Below, in pieces: positions 20,642-30,669 of a stretch of DNA of 64,000 bases. Below the pieces are notes generated by a model. It worked only from the letters and a program-made list of their open reading frames with translations, was not told the DNA's origin and did no database searches. Location: the NCBI GenBank assembly GCA_963666985.2, contig CAXXIA010000001.1:544001-608000 (forward strand). The letters are read 5' to 3'. Source of the stretch: Spirochaetia bacterium (lineage in GTDB: Bacteria > Spirochaetota > Spirochaetia > DSM-2461). Both the position numbers and the translations under genes were made by a program. Position 1 is the stretch's first letter, and each line of letters opens with the position of its first letter.

Positions 20642-21715
20642 TTGAAGATTGCCGTTTTATCCGCCGCATCGGCTGTTCATACACTTCGCTGGGTGCATGG
20701 TCTTGCCTCGATGGGGCATCAGGTTACATTGATCAGCTGTCATAAACCTTCCGAAACTCTGAATCCCGAAATCCGTTTCGAGAAACTTCCGGTTCCCGCT
20801 CCGTGGGGGTATTATCTCAATAGTGCCTCACTCAAGAAAATCCTTGGGAATTTGGAACCGGATATTCTTAATGCCCATTATGCCTCCGGGTATGGCACGC
20901 TCGCTCGGCTATCCGGTTTTTCGCCGAAACTTCTTTCCGTATGGGGAAGCGACGTTTATGATTTTCCCCGAAAATCCCGACTTCATCGTTCTCTTATAAT
21001 AAAGAATCTTCAGGCGGCAGACGCAATAGCCTCAACAAGCCATTGTATGCTTGATGTAACGAATAATTTATACCAACACAAGCGAACATATATAACGCCT
21101 TTCGGTATTGATACGGAATCCTTTTCACCTAAGCTTCCGGCCGCAAGAGATAAAATCATTATTGGAACGGTGAAAACACTGGCGTATAAGTACGGTATCG
21201 ATACTTTGCTTGAGGCTTTTTATATTCTGTTGGAGCGTACGAAAGACAATCAATTGTATCTTGAAATTACCGGAGACGGGCCAGACCGGATGAAATTGGA
21301 ACAGCAGGCAAAGCAATTGGGGATTGCCGACCGGGTTTGTTTTTACGGCCGGGTAAACCATGCTGATGTTCCGGAGAAGCTTCGGCGATTGGATATCTAT
21401 GCAGCTCTGAGCCGTTTGGACTCAGAGAGTTTCGGGGTTGCGATTTTGGAGGCTTCCGCATGCGCTCTACCGGTGGTTGTTTCTGATGTGGACGGTTTGA
21501 AGGAAGTCGTTCGGCATATGGAAACGGGAATTATTGTTCGCAAGGAATCGGCGGAAGAGGCGGCCGGAGCGCTTGAAACACTGATTAACGACAGAGAGCT
21601 CGGAAAAAGAATGGGTTTGAGCGGACGTGACAATGTTGAAGAAAATTATGCTTGGAAATCATCTCTTGAGAAAATGATAAACGCATATGGTGAGATTTCC
21701 GGAGTAAATCGGTAA
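20642..21715 (+). CDS. GT4 glycosyltransferase
   Basis: HTLRW, AHYASGYG, SVWGSDVY, SESFGVAILEASAC; TTG start. Confidence 0.9.
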   Translation: MKIAVLSAASAVHTLRWVHGLASMGHQVTLISCHKPSETLNPEIRFEKLPVPAPWGYYLNSASLKKILGNLEPDILNAHYASGYGTLARLSGFSPKLLSVWGSDVYDFPRKSRLHRSLIIKNLQAADAIASTSHCMLDVTNNLYQHKRTYITPFGIDTESFSPKLPAARDKIIIGTVKTLAYKYGIDTLLEAFYILLERTKDNQLYLEITGDGPDRMKLEQQAKQLGIADRVCFYGRVNHADVPEKLRRLDIYAALSRLDSESFGVAILEASACALPVVVSDVDGLKEVVRHMETGIIVRKESAEEAAGALETLINDRELGKRMGLSGRDNVEENYAWKSSLEKMINAYGEISGVNR

Positions 21716-22158
21716 GATTGACTGGCGGCTGCCGGGTTATGAAGTATGTTCCTTCATCGCTTATACACTCTGCGAACAACCCCAAACGCGATTTCTTTTC
21801 CAGGAAAATTAGAGACCGTGAAAAGAAAGTCTATGATTATAAAACGGTGTTTTGTGAAGTTTGCCAGAACATTGATCGATATGCAGTCCATAATATCTCC
21901 AGCTTTTTCGTGCCAACACTGCAGATTTGGGATAGAAGTATGTTTACCATACAAATTGTTTAACAGGGGTTCTTCCGCATTATGTCCATAATCACTGGAT
22001 TTATTTTTTTTGATGGTTTAACGGTATTTATTAAGAAGGGTTGCGCTGAAAAACAATCAGAGTGACGACAGGAAGGTTTTTATCTTGAGACTGTTTCTTC
22101 GTCTGTTAACTTTAGGAAAGAAGCAGAAGACCTACAAGCCCCAAGATACGTATTTGCT

Positions 22159-23019
22159 TCATTCTTTATATTTCCATAATCTCATCGGTTCGGCGAATGT
22201 TTGATCCAACTCGGGAGGGTTGAACGGATTAACTCCGTTCCCCGGATGGAAAGTCATCTCTCCGAAAAGAATACGTTCGTCCGGATTATAGAGATCGACT
22301 CTGACAAAGGGGAATCCTTTGGAGAGCGTTGAAGCAATTTTCAACATTTCTTGATACTTTTTCGGAGGTTGAATCATTGTTTCATTAACGGGAAAATGAA
22401 GAGAACCCCAGAAAAAATTCCAATCGATCGTATAAAGACTTTCGGAAACCGATTTTTTTACACGGTCAAAAATTACCCGAACAAACTTCGGCTCTCCATT
22501 ATAGCAGTAGAATCGATAATCCTTGAGGGAATCCATTTCTTCAATGTATTTTTCTGCGATAATACGGCGAGGAATAGCCTTGTACTGCCATTCTCCGCTT
22601 TTTGAGCTGAAATCCATTTCCAGCCAGGAAGCTAATGTTTTACGAACAGCGGTTATATCTAATTTAGTTTTATCAGCGCAGACGATGATTTGTCCTGAAC
22701 CATGATTGGCCTTGAGGACGAATTGATTGGGAAGAGAATCAAAGGCAACCTCATCAGCCGATTTATAGACTCCGTAGAGATCGTTAAGATATCCGTTGCC
22801 GAGCTTATGTGTTATATATTCTCTGACACGATATTTATCGGCACAAACAACCATTAAAGGATTCCTGTAATTCAGTTTGAGCCATTGAATCTGCTGATTG
22901 AACCCTTTGGGGTGCCGCCAGTTCATCCTGCGTCCGAAACGGGAACGATAGTAGAGTGCGTAGACCAATCGTTTCGGTAAAGCAGATACTGCAAATCTAA
23001 AGAAGCGCGATCTTTTCAT
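22159..23019 (-). CDS. TupA-like ATP-grasp ligase (copy A)
   Basis: CADKYRVREY, VLKANHGSG, EWQYKAIPRRIIAE, DYRFYC, FVRVDLY, GEMTFHPGNG. Confidence 0.88.
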   Translation of the reverse strand: MKRSRFFRFAVSALPKRLVYALYYRSRFGRRMNWRHPKGFNQQIQWLKLNYRNPLMVVCADKYRVREYITHKLGNGYLNDLYGVYKSADEVAFDSLPNQFVLKANHGSGQIIVCADKTKLDITAVRKTLASWLEMDFSSKSGEWQYKAIPRRIIAEKYIEEMDSLKDYRFYCYNGEPKFVRVIFDRVKKSVSESLYTIDWNFFWGSLHFPVNETMIQPPKKYQEMLKIASTLSKGFPFVRVDLYNPDERILFGEMTFHPGNGVNPFNPPELDQTFAEPMRLWKYKE

Positions 23020-23230
23020 AGCTAGGATTATTGCGATAGAGCCTAGAACTGTAAAGCACCGGTAATCCTTCGAATAAAAGGTATTCAAACTGAGTATCAA
23101 AGAGAGTGTAACTATAGTGAAATAAGAAAATAGTTCCGAAGAAAATTCGAGGACGATTTACCTTCCACCTAACGAACGATAGAATCAAACTATATGTTTA
23201 CGGGAAGAAAATAGGAAGTAGGAGCTGTGC

Positions 23231-24106
23231 ATGGGTGCAAAGCGTTTTCGATGGAATCGAACCCGTCTGTTTTGGGCTATATATCGAATGACTCCAGATC
23301 CTTGGATCTACAGCATTATGTATTTCAAGCGATTTCATCGGTTTATCAACTGGAGAAATCCTCAAGGATTTAATCAAAAGATCAACTATTTGAAGCGTTA
23401 TTATCGAAATCCTCTTCAAACCGTCTGTGCCGATAAATATGGCGTGCGTGAATATGTTCGCGAGAAAATTGGGGAAGAACATTTAAACGGAATTTATGGA
23501 ATATACAACACGGCCGAAGAGATTAATTTTGATGAACTTCCAAAGGAGTTTGTCTTAAAAGCAACTCATGGGAATCGGATGAACATTATCTGCGACAATA
23601 AAGACGATCTGGATATCGCATGGGCGCGAAAAACTTTGAACGGCTGGCTGAAGCAGAATTTCTATTATCATTCCAAGGAGTGGCAATATAAGAATATTCC
23701 ACCGAGGATTCTCGCGGAGCCCTTGCTTCGCGAGATGGATTCACTGAAGGATTATAGATTCTACTGTTTTAACGGCGTCCCTCAATTTATAAGAGTAATC
23801 TATGATAGAGCAACGAAAAAGCCGAAAGAAAAACTTTATAAAAAGAATTGGGAACCAATAAAAGGATCATGGCATTTCCCTGAAAAGCAAAGTGAATTAA
23901 CAAAACCAGATAAATTGCAAGAAATGATATATATCGCTGAAGCTCTTTCCGGTGAATTCCCATTCGTTCGTGTAGATCTCTACAATCCCGGTGAGCGGAT
24001 TCTTGTAGGGGAGTTGACGTTCCATCCCGGTAATGGATTTCTCATCGGTAAACCTAATACTTTGGACGAAGAATTCGGAAAATTATTGAAGGTAAGAAAA
24101 TACTAG
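23231..24106 (+). CDS. TupA-like ATP-grasp ligase (copy B)
   Basis: CADKYGVREY, VLKATHGNR, EWQYKNIPPRILAE, DYRFYC, FVRVDLY, GELTFHPGNG. Confidence 0.88.
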   Translation: MGAKRFRWNRTRLFWAIYRMTPDPWIYSIMYFKRFHRFINWRNPQGFNQKINYLKRYYRNPLQTVCADKYGVREYVREKIGEEHLNGIYGIYNTAEEINFDELPKEFVLKATHGNRMNIICDNKDDLDIAWARKTLNGWLKQNFYYHSKEWQYKNIPPRILAEPLLREMDSLKDYRFYCFNGVPQFIRVIYDRATKKPKEKLYKKNWEPIKGSWHFPEKQSELTKPDKLQEMIYIAEALSGEFPFVRVDLYNPGERILVGELTFHPGNGFLIGKPNTLDEEFGKLLKVRKY

Positions 24107-24197
24107 AAAATTGTAAAAATTGAATAAAGCTTCTATAAAGAGAACCTTGGAAGATATCCATCTTGTGTGATAATCGAATTTTATTCATGGTTGTATT

Positions 24198-25346
24198 ATG
24201 AAAATTGATAGGAAAAGCAAGAGTCGCATACTTATTTTCAGTGCTCAATATCAGGGCCGGTATGGAGCTACTGCAAGTATGATTAATCTTGTAAAAACTC
24301 TTTCGACTTCTCATGAATGTATTATCGTAACAACCGCTTTTGGCAATCTTACGGAAACAATAGAAAAAGAAGGCTTGAACTATAGGGTTATCCAACTTGG
24401 GAATCATGCAAACGTTCTTGGACGACAAGCGAGGAATTACAATAGTTTTAAAAAAAATCTTATGGCACTTCAACTGGTAAAATTTCAAATACATTTTATG
24501 CTTTATGCAATAAAGAATAAATTTGATTTTATATATTCGAATAACCAAGGAAGTTTCTTCAAAATATTTCCAGTAATAAAGATATTAAAAGCACAAAGTG
24601 TAACTTATATACGAAGTGTTGCAGAGAACGATTTTATAACACGTCTGTGTATAAAGCATTGTGATCAAATTATTACCATTGCAGATGGATTATTGGATAA
24701 TCTCCCGAAGATTTTTCTTGAGCCTTTTTTATCGAAGATTAAAACAATTCACACAGGATTTGATTTTAAATCATTTGAGGATGGAGAAGAAATCTCGGAA
24801 GTTAATTCCAACCTAATCCGGATTGGATATGTTGCTTCAATCTCTCAAAGGAAAGGCCTGGATTTTCTAGTTTCTCTTTTCATAGAAAGTGAAAAATTAT
24901 CCCAAAATGCTTGTTTGGTAATTTGCGGACAGCCCATTAAAGATTCCGAAGAATATTTCAAAAAATGCTGTAATAGACTAGATTCAGCAGGTGTTACCTA
25001 TATATATCTTGGTTACCGTAAAGATATTCATAATGTTTATAAATCTCTTGATTTAATGGCTTTACCATCATTAGCGGAAGGATTGCCGCGAGCTGTTATA
25101 GAAGCAATGGCGCATGGTATTCCTGTTCTGGCAAACAATGTGGGAGGGGTAAAGCAAATAATTAAAAATGAAGAAAATGGTTTTATTTTGGAACCGGGCG
25201 ATTCATCCTCTTGGACGAAAGCTGTTAACTTAATGATTTCAGATAGCAAAAAGCGATTGGAAATGGGGAAAAAGGCCAAGGAATTTGTTACTGAGAATTT
25301 CTCAAAGGAAAAATTTGAAATAGAGCTGAGAAAAGTATTTGGTTGA
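24198..25346 (+). CDS. GT4 glycosyltransferase
   Basis: ISQRKG, LGYRKD, LPSLAEGLPRAVIEAMAHGIPV. Confidence 0.9.
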   Translation: MKIDRKSKSRILIFSAQYQGRYGATASMINLVKTLSTSHECIIVTTAFGNLTETIEKEGLNYRVIQLGNHANVLGRQARNYNSFKKNLMALQLVKFQIHFMLYAIKNKFDFIYSNNQGSFFKIFPVIKILKAQSVTYIRSVAENDFITRLCIKHCDQIITIADGLLDNLPKIFLEPFLSKIKTIHTGFDFKSFEDGEEISEVNSNLIRIGYVASISQRKGLDFLVSLFIESEKLSQNACLVICGQPIKDSEEYFKKCCNRLDSAGVTYIYLGYRKDIHNVYKSLDLMALPSLAEGLPRAVIEAMAHGIPVLANNVGGVKQIIKNEENGFILEPGDSSSWTKAVNLMISDSKKRLEMGKKAKEFVTENFSKEKFEIELRKVFG

Positions 25347-25373
25347 TAAAACGGCTTATAAATTACTTAAGCG

Positions 25374-26366
25374 TTATTTTAATGGAATTTCAAACTGAGA
25401 CGACGGCAACTGTATTTTTCTTATCAGTCCCAGCATTCGCAGGATACGGATATCCTTTTCATTGATATAGTGTGTTTTCTTATATGCTTCTTTGAATTCT
25501 TCTTCAGATGCTTCTCTTTCCATCAATTCCATAATGTATTTTGTGATTTTTTGCAGATTTTTTTTAGCACCGGGTCTATCTCCATTAGCAATTTTGAATT
25601 TATAACGATCAAACCAGAGCTGAAAACCGCAGCTATCGAAATGAAGAAGAAAAATACGTCGACTTCTAAACTCTATTAAATGTTTTTTTCGAACAGCGGG
25701 AGTGTGAATCCGCATATTGATTATATCCAAGTCCGTTCTAACAAAACATTTTGATTTGTAATGAGCGCGAAAGTACCTGTCGTTAAGAGTGAAGGGCGAT
25801 TTGACTCCTAGGAGAACGGCTAAACGGAGAAGAATTGAATTCACCGGATAGCGTAGACCTGATTTATGAAATGCGGCGGGAGATTTATAGAATCGAATTT
25901 CATGAAAGAAATTTTCGTATTCGAGTTCTTCCGGAACAGCTTCCAGTATCGTCATTCTCAGGATTTCTACCGGTGAACGACGAAGCATTAACTTAATATC
26001 TCTTGTACCGGGATAGATTAATTCGTCGACATCAACATGGGCAATCCAAGAAATATCCATTTCTCTGGCCCAGTTAAGGGCATTGGTCGCATTCAGACCC
26101 TGTCTGTAGATAACATATTGATAATCAAATTGCTCAAAGTAACCGTTAATATATTTTCGAAAATATTCAGGTGTACACCGTGTCGCCGTGACTTTTGAAT
26201 TTTTTTCGACGATTTCAACCGCAGGGTCTTCCGGATCATCAAAAAAAAGGAATATATGATTCGCTCCAAGATTGAGATAATAATTCACGAAGGCTACAGT
26301 TTGTTTGACTGTGCATTTAAGAGTTGTCGCTATCGCCCAAGTAAGATTTCTTCTTGATGATTTCAT
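25374..26366 (-). CDS. GT2-like (Glyco_tranf_2_4) glycosyltransferase
   Basis: YYLNLGANHIFLFFDDPED, RQGLNA, WIAHVDVDELIY. Confidence 0.78.
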   Translation of the reverse strand: MKSSRRNLTWAIATTLKCTVKQTVAFVNYYLNLGANHIFLFFDDPEDPAVEIVEKNSKVTATRCTPEYFRKYINGYFEQFDYQYVIYRQGLNATNALNWAREMDISWIAHVDVDELIYPGTRDIKLMLRRSPVEILRMTILEAVPEELEYENFFHEIRFYKSPAAFHKSGLRYPVNSILLRLAVLLGVKSPFTLNDRYFRAHYKSKCFVRTDLDIINMRIHTPAVRKKHLIEFRSRRIFLLHFDSCGFQLWFDRYKFKIANGDRPGAKKNLQKITKYIMELMEREASEEEFKEAYKKTHYINEKDIRILRMLGLIRKIQLPSSQFEIPLK

Positions 26367-28171
26367 GGAAACATACTGAACGAGAGTGTAACGATTTGAT
26401 TTAAAGTGGTTTCATAATTCGCATCTTCATAGATTTTGAAACCCGAATCCGGATAATAAGTGTAATACGACCAAACCAAGTCGAAATCGAGTCCCAGAGA
26501 AAAGGGGATTTTCCCGAAATTACCATACCAAAGCGCGCCGACTCCCCATATATGCTGCCATTCGTAAGCGCCGTCCTTGAGGAAATCTTTTTTATAGAGA
26601 GGATCTTCACTCCAACTGGAATAGGCTCCATTATATTCATAATAGTCGATGTAGTCGTAGTAGCTGCTGCCGTCCACTTCATAAGGTCCCGTCGTGGCAC
26701 CGTGACGAACCATGCGGTATGTGAAGGTCGTTGTCAGTTTGTTTACCGGCATCGTGCTGATTTCAAGGCGGAGTTCGTCCGAGTTGGGCGGCTGGTAGAA
26801 ACCCAGAGGTTCGCCGTTGTTCAGATAATAGACTTCCATGGTGTAATCGTCGCTGTATGTCGGGGTGTTCACCGGGGGATGGGTGTAGCAGTATGGTTCG
26901 ATTTTCGTATACTGCAGCATGATTTCCCCGCGGCTGAAAATGGGTACGGGAATGCTTGTTCCGACTTGGTAGGCATACATATTTCTATCGAGCTTAAAAA
27001 AACCGTCGGAAAGCAGATCCATCTCGTCGATGTAAAGACTTGCCCAGGCTTGCCCATACCCCGGGGCCAGAAAGGCTACGGAACCTCCGAGCATCATATT
27101 GTCGAAATCACCCACCACTTCCTGTCCGAAGAACTTGGACTGGAACGGGTAAATGTAATCGAGTTCGTAGCGTTTCGGCCAGACAACGGCGTCGAAGATA
27201 CTCACATAGAAGCGTTCGTTCGGCATAATTTCCAGCTGTATGATGGAATAAGCGTTCTGTTCGACCTCGGCCGCATCTTTCGCACGGCTGTAGACCGGTG
27301 TATCATCGCCGGCACTTCCTCCGCTTCCCGGAAGAGGGTAGCGGCCGTCTTCGTTCCAGATGCCGATACCGTAATCCAGAGAGCCGGTTAAGGCGGAGAA
27401 GCCGAACCACTGCCAGGGATGGAAGGTTAATTCAAAGGCGGAAAAGGGGCGGGCCGTGCCTGAAAAATAAAGATTCCCCGAACCGAAACTTCCCCAATCG
27501 TGCCGAATCCTTCCAAATCTGGCCCAGAACCTGTCGTCCCAAGCCGAAAGGGCCATTTCGCTTTGAATCTCCAGCCCTCCGGATGCTTCGGAAGGGAATC
27601 CGTATAATTCATACCCGATTAAGTTATATGGAGCTCCGTCCCAGCATTTGGTATACGTATAAGGTTCAAAACTGTCGAATCCGTTCACCAGCGAAACAAT
27701 ACCGGCGCTGACCTGTACCTCGTAAGAGATGGGACCGGGGACATCTCCCATCAGGTAGAGTTTGAAGAATGTCAAATCACTGAAGGAAATATCGTCTGAA
27801 ATTCCAATGCCCGTTTGATTCTCCCAGCCGACTCCTATTTTCGCAGGAAAAATGTCGCTCGGCACATCGACGGCTCCTTCTTCAAGCAAACTTTTATCAA
27901 CCGATTTGTCGAGCCTGTCCATCAGAAAGGTCAGATATTCTCTGTCGGTAACGCTTATGGGTACGTTCCGATCCTGAATCGAATGAAGAATGGAGAGAAC
28001 CTTGCTTCTGGGCCATGGTCGAACCATCACGTCTCTTCGAATAACGCCTTTAAGAATCATGTCGTCGATAAAGTCATAAACCGGATCATCGACGGGTACG
28101 GATGTATAAGTTTGGGCCCAGGAGGCCGCCGCGATGAAAAGGACCACAAGAACAAATACGATTTTTTTCAT
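26363..28171 (-). CDS. Outer-membrane protein, capsule-assembly Wzi-like
   Basis: Signal peptide, SVPVDDPVYDFIDD..RPWPR N-terminus, GRIRHDWG, aromatic-rich beta-strand pattern. Confidence 0.55.
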   Translation of the reverse strand: MKKIVFVLVVLFIAAASWAQTYTSVPVDDPVYDFIDDMILKGVIRRDVMVRPWPRSKVLSILHSIQDRNVPISVTDREYLTFLMDRLDKSVDKSLLEEGAVDVPSDIFPAKIGVGWENQTGIGISDDISFSDLTFFKLYLMGDVPGPISYEVQVSAGIVSLVNGFDSFEPYTYTKCWDGAPYNLIGYELYGFPSEASGGLEIQSEMALSAWDDRFWARFGRIRHDWGSFGSGNLYFSGTARPFSAFELTFHPWQWFGFSALTGSLDYGIGIWNEDGRYPLPGSGGSAGDDTPVYSRAKDAAEVEQNAYSIIQLEIMPNERFYVSIFDAVVWPKRYELDYIYPFQSKFFGQEVVGDFDNMMLGGSVAFLAPGYGQAWASLYIDEMDLLSDGFFKLDRNMYAYQVGTSIPVPIFSRGEIMLQYTKIEPYCYTHPPVNTPTYSDDYTMEVYYLNNGEPLGFYQPPNSDELRLEISTMPVNKLTTTFTYRMVRHGATTGPYEVDGSSYYDYIDYYEYNGAYSSWSEDPLYKKDFLKDGAYEWQHIWGVGALWYGNFGKIPFSLGLDFDLVWSYYTYYPDSGFKIYEDANYETTLNQIVTLSFSMFP

Positions 28172-28175
28172 AAAT

Positions 28176-28934
28176 TCACTCCACTCCGAAAACTCTATTC
28201 GCGAACCAGGCTTCCAGAGCGCTGATACGGTTGTTGAACGATCCGGCGATGCCGCGCTGAGACCAGCCTATGGGCGGGAATTCTTTTAAGGCCACGGCAC
28301 AGTACATCAGGGCATCGGCTTCACGGGGAATAACGGCCATTTGCAGAAGAACTCCGCCGGCATCCGCGGTTTTTTTTGTATAGGCTTTCAGCTCCGTCAG
28401 GTTTACTGTGGTCATAAGGATGGCATCTTCGCTTTTTTCGACGCCGACCATATACCAATTGGCACCGAAAGACGTGTCCTTCTGGTATTGAACAAAATTC
28501 GCGATGGTGCCCATGGCGGGAGGCGGAAGCGGAGGTAGGGCTTCTTTGCTTCCGAGAGCTTCCACCCGGCAGCTTTTTTTAATATAAGGATACATTTTCC
28601 CCCGACCGCCCGACCAATATTCAATTCCATCGAGACTCTCAATATCGAGGAGAATCTCGGCTATGGAATCAAGTGTTTCATATTCGGCCGGCAATACAGG
28701 AAGCGTGAACAAGAATTCCACCAGGAACATCGTTTCGTGTGATTCGATGTTCCGTCGGATTTTATCGGAAAAAGAAAATTCCGGCAGCAGAGTGATATCG
28801 CCTTCGCTGTAATCCCGTACCTTTTCGGTAAAATGAGATCCTTCTTTCCGTTCTTTGCCTTCGTCTTCGGCGAAGAGAAATATGGGGAAGAGGAAGGTTA
28901 TGGCAACTGTAATAATGAGGAATTTCTTATTCAC
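28176..28934 (-). CDS. Exported spirochaete-type protein (DUF6675-like)
   Basis: Signal peptide; SLDGIEYWS, QKDTSFG, SFNNRI motifs; GTG start after GGAGG. Confidence 0.55.
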   Translation of the reverse strand: MNKKFLIITVAITFLFPIFLFAEDEGKERKEGSHFTEKVRDYSEGDITLLPEFSFSDKIRRNIESHETMFLVEFLFTLPVLPAEYETLDSIAEILLDIESLDGIEYWSGGRGKMYPYIKKSCRVEALGSKEALPPLPPPAMGTIANFVQYQKDTSFGANWYMVGVEKSEDAILMTTVNLTELKAYTKKTADAGGVLLQMAVIPREADALMYCAVALKEFPPIGWSQRGIAGSFNNRISALEAWFANRVFGVE

Positions 28935-29901
28935 GGTTTTTTCCTCCATCCGCGAATTCATACTCCAGGACTTTCTCAATGGAGTCTTGGATCTCGAACG
29001 GCGGACAAAAACCCGTTCCCAGGGCTTTTTGGGCTGAAAAGCTTGATTCGCTCAAGAATTTCTTTACCCGGATTCGGCTGATGGGGAATTTCTTCCCGGT
29101 TATTTTTGCCAGGAAATCGAAGCAGGCGCCGCCGAATAAACCGAGAAACGTCGGTAGGCGCAAACCTGTTCCCGAACCTTTTCCCAGTTTGGAGCGAACC
29201 GCGCCGACCAGTTGTTTCATATCGGGAATCGGTGTGTCGACATAATTCCAGGTTCCGTTGATTTCGGGAGAGGTGATGATGTGCACAAGGAAAGATGCGA
29301 CATTTCCCACATACGCCATGGCTTTGTGGTTTCGGCCCGATCCTACGAAAAGAAAGGTTCCCGCGGCGATTTGCCTAAAAAGATTATAAACATTGCCTCT
29401 ATTCCCTTCACCGAAAACAACGGTGGGGCGAACAACGGCAAGTTTCCTTTTCCCGTCTTCGGCCGCCCAGGCGGCATACACTTCTTCCGCAAGAAGTTTT
29501 GTTCGGCCGTAATCATTGAAAGGCTTACAGCACGCCGTTTCGTCCGTATAAGGTGCGGCAAATCCGTAAACAGCGACGGAACTGGTGAATATGATACGCT
29601 TAATCCCCAAGTTTGAGACGGCGGTGCAGACATTTTTAGCGCCGGTAACGTTGACATCGTGATAGAGCGATTTCGGCGTAACGTCGTCACGGTGTTCCGC
29701 CGCCAAATTAACAACGACATCGGCTCCCCGGAGGCTCTCTTCCAACTCCTCGGCGTTCCTAACGTCCGCGACAAGAGTTTTTTGGGGGTATTCCGTGCCG
29801 ATTTTTTTGTCGATTATGATGAAATCGACGGATTGTTTTTCCAGGATACTCGCGAGACGCGTGCCGATGAATCCGGAACCGCCGATAATGGCAACCTTCA
29901 T
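28927..29901 (-). CDS. gnu: GlcNAc-PP-undecaprenol 4-epimerase-like SDR
   Basis: LAAEHRDDV.P.SLY.DVNV, PFNDYGRTK, GEGNRGNVYNL, MAYVGNV closely match the E. coli Gnu family as I recall it. Confidence 0.8.
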   Translation of the reverse strand: MKVAIIGGSGFIGTRLASILEKQSVDFIIIDKKIGTEYPQKTLVADVRNAEELEESLRGADVVVNLAAEHRDDVTPKSLYHDVNVTGAKNVCTAVSNLGIKRIIFTSSVAVYGFAAPYTDETACCKPFNDYGRTKLLAEEVYAAWAAEDGKRKLAVVRPTVVFGEGNRGNVYNLFRQIAAGTFLFVGSGRNHKAMAYVGNVASFLVHIITSPEINGTWNYVDTPIPDMKQLVGAVRSKLGKGSGTGLRLPTFLGLFGGACFDFLAKITGKKFPISRIRVKKFLSESSFSAQKALGTGFCPPFEIQDSIEKVLEYEFADGGKNRE

Positions 29902-29910
29902 GAATCCAGT

Positions 29911-30669
29911 TTACCGCCTTCCAAAGAGTTTAATCGCAATGTTCCATAGAACATAATATCCGGATTGTATCCGACCGAATCCGAGAACATCTCTGTACAG
30001 TAACCAATTATGGCGAACCAATTCAAGTTTGTTACCGGAAAGACCGGTACTGCGGACGCGGTAACGCGTTAATGCCTCGGGAATCCCTCTTCCTTCAACT
30101 CCGTCCGATAAAAGATTCAGCCAGAGAGCGTAATCCTGTCTTTTTCGAATGGAGGGAAAATATCTCTTACCGTAAAAATGCGTATCGTACATGGCTGTTG
30201 AACAGCCTACGTAATTCGTCAGCAGCTGGCGTGAGTAGGTAAGACGGTGCCTGCATTTGACGGTTCTGCCGAGATCGGAACCGTCTTCGGCGATTTTTCG
30301 ATAATCGGTGAACGTGAACGGTGTGTTTGTTTCGGTCATAAAGGCCGTCTGCCGGGCCAATTTTTCGGGTTCCCAAGCGTCGTCCGAGTCGAGAAAAGCG
30401 ATGAACTTTCCCCGAGAGGCTTTTATTCCTTCGTTTCTCGACATACCGGCACCCGAATTAATAGGAAGAGATATAAACTTGATGCGAGGTTCTCCCCGTG
30501 CCATACGGCGGATCATATCCGGCCCTTCGTCGGTTGAATCATCATCGACAATGATATATTCCCAGTCGACAAAGGATTGGGAGAGAACCGAGCGGATAGT
30601 TTCTTCTATATAAGGAGCGGCATTGTAAAGCGGCGTTACGATACTGACCAGGGGGGATTCAGTCGGCAT
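29911..30669 (-). CDS. GT2 glycosyltransferase, TuaG-like
   Basis: VSIVTP, VDDDSTD, AFLDSDD.W, RKRQDYALWL. Confidence 0.88.
   Translation of the reverse strand: MPTESPLVSIVTPLYNAAPYIEETIRSVLSQSFVDWEYIIVDDDSTDEGPDMIRRMARGEPRIKFISLPINSGAGMSRNEGIKASRGKFIAFLDSDDAWEPEKLARQTAFMTETNTPFTFTDYRKIAEDGSDLGRTVKCRHRLTYSRQLLTNYVGCSTAMYDTHFYGKRYFPSIRKRQDYALWLNLLSDGVEGRGIPEALTRYRVRSTGLSGNKLELVRHNWLLYRDVLGFGRIQSGYYVLWNIAIKLFGRR

Noticed and set aside
21718..22150. Short ORFs; a faint IS4-like ..ISDEGTYFITR.. fragment on the minus strand
   Set aside because: Too short and degenerate to support a call; possibly decayed DNA
22159..24106. Invertible switch between the two tupA-like genes
   Set aside because: The DNA is too diverged for long inverted repeats, and no recombinase is nearby
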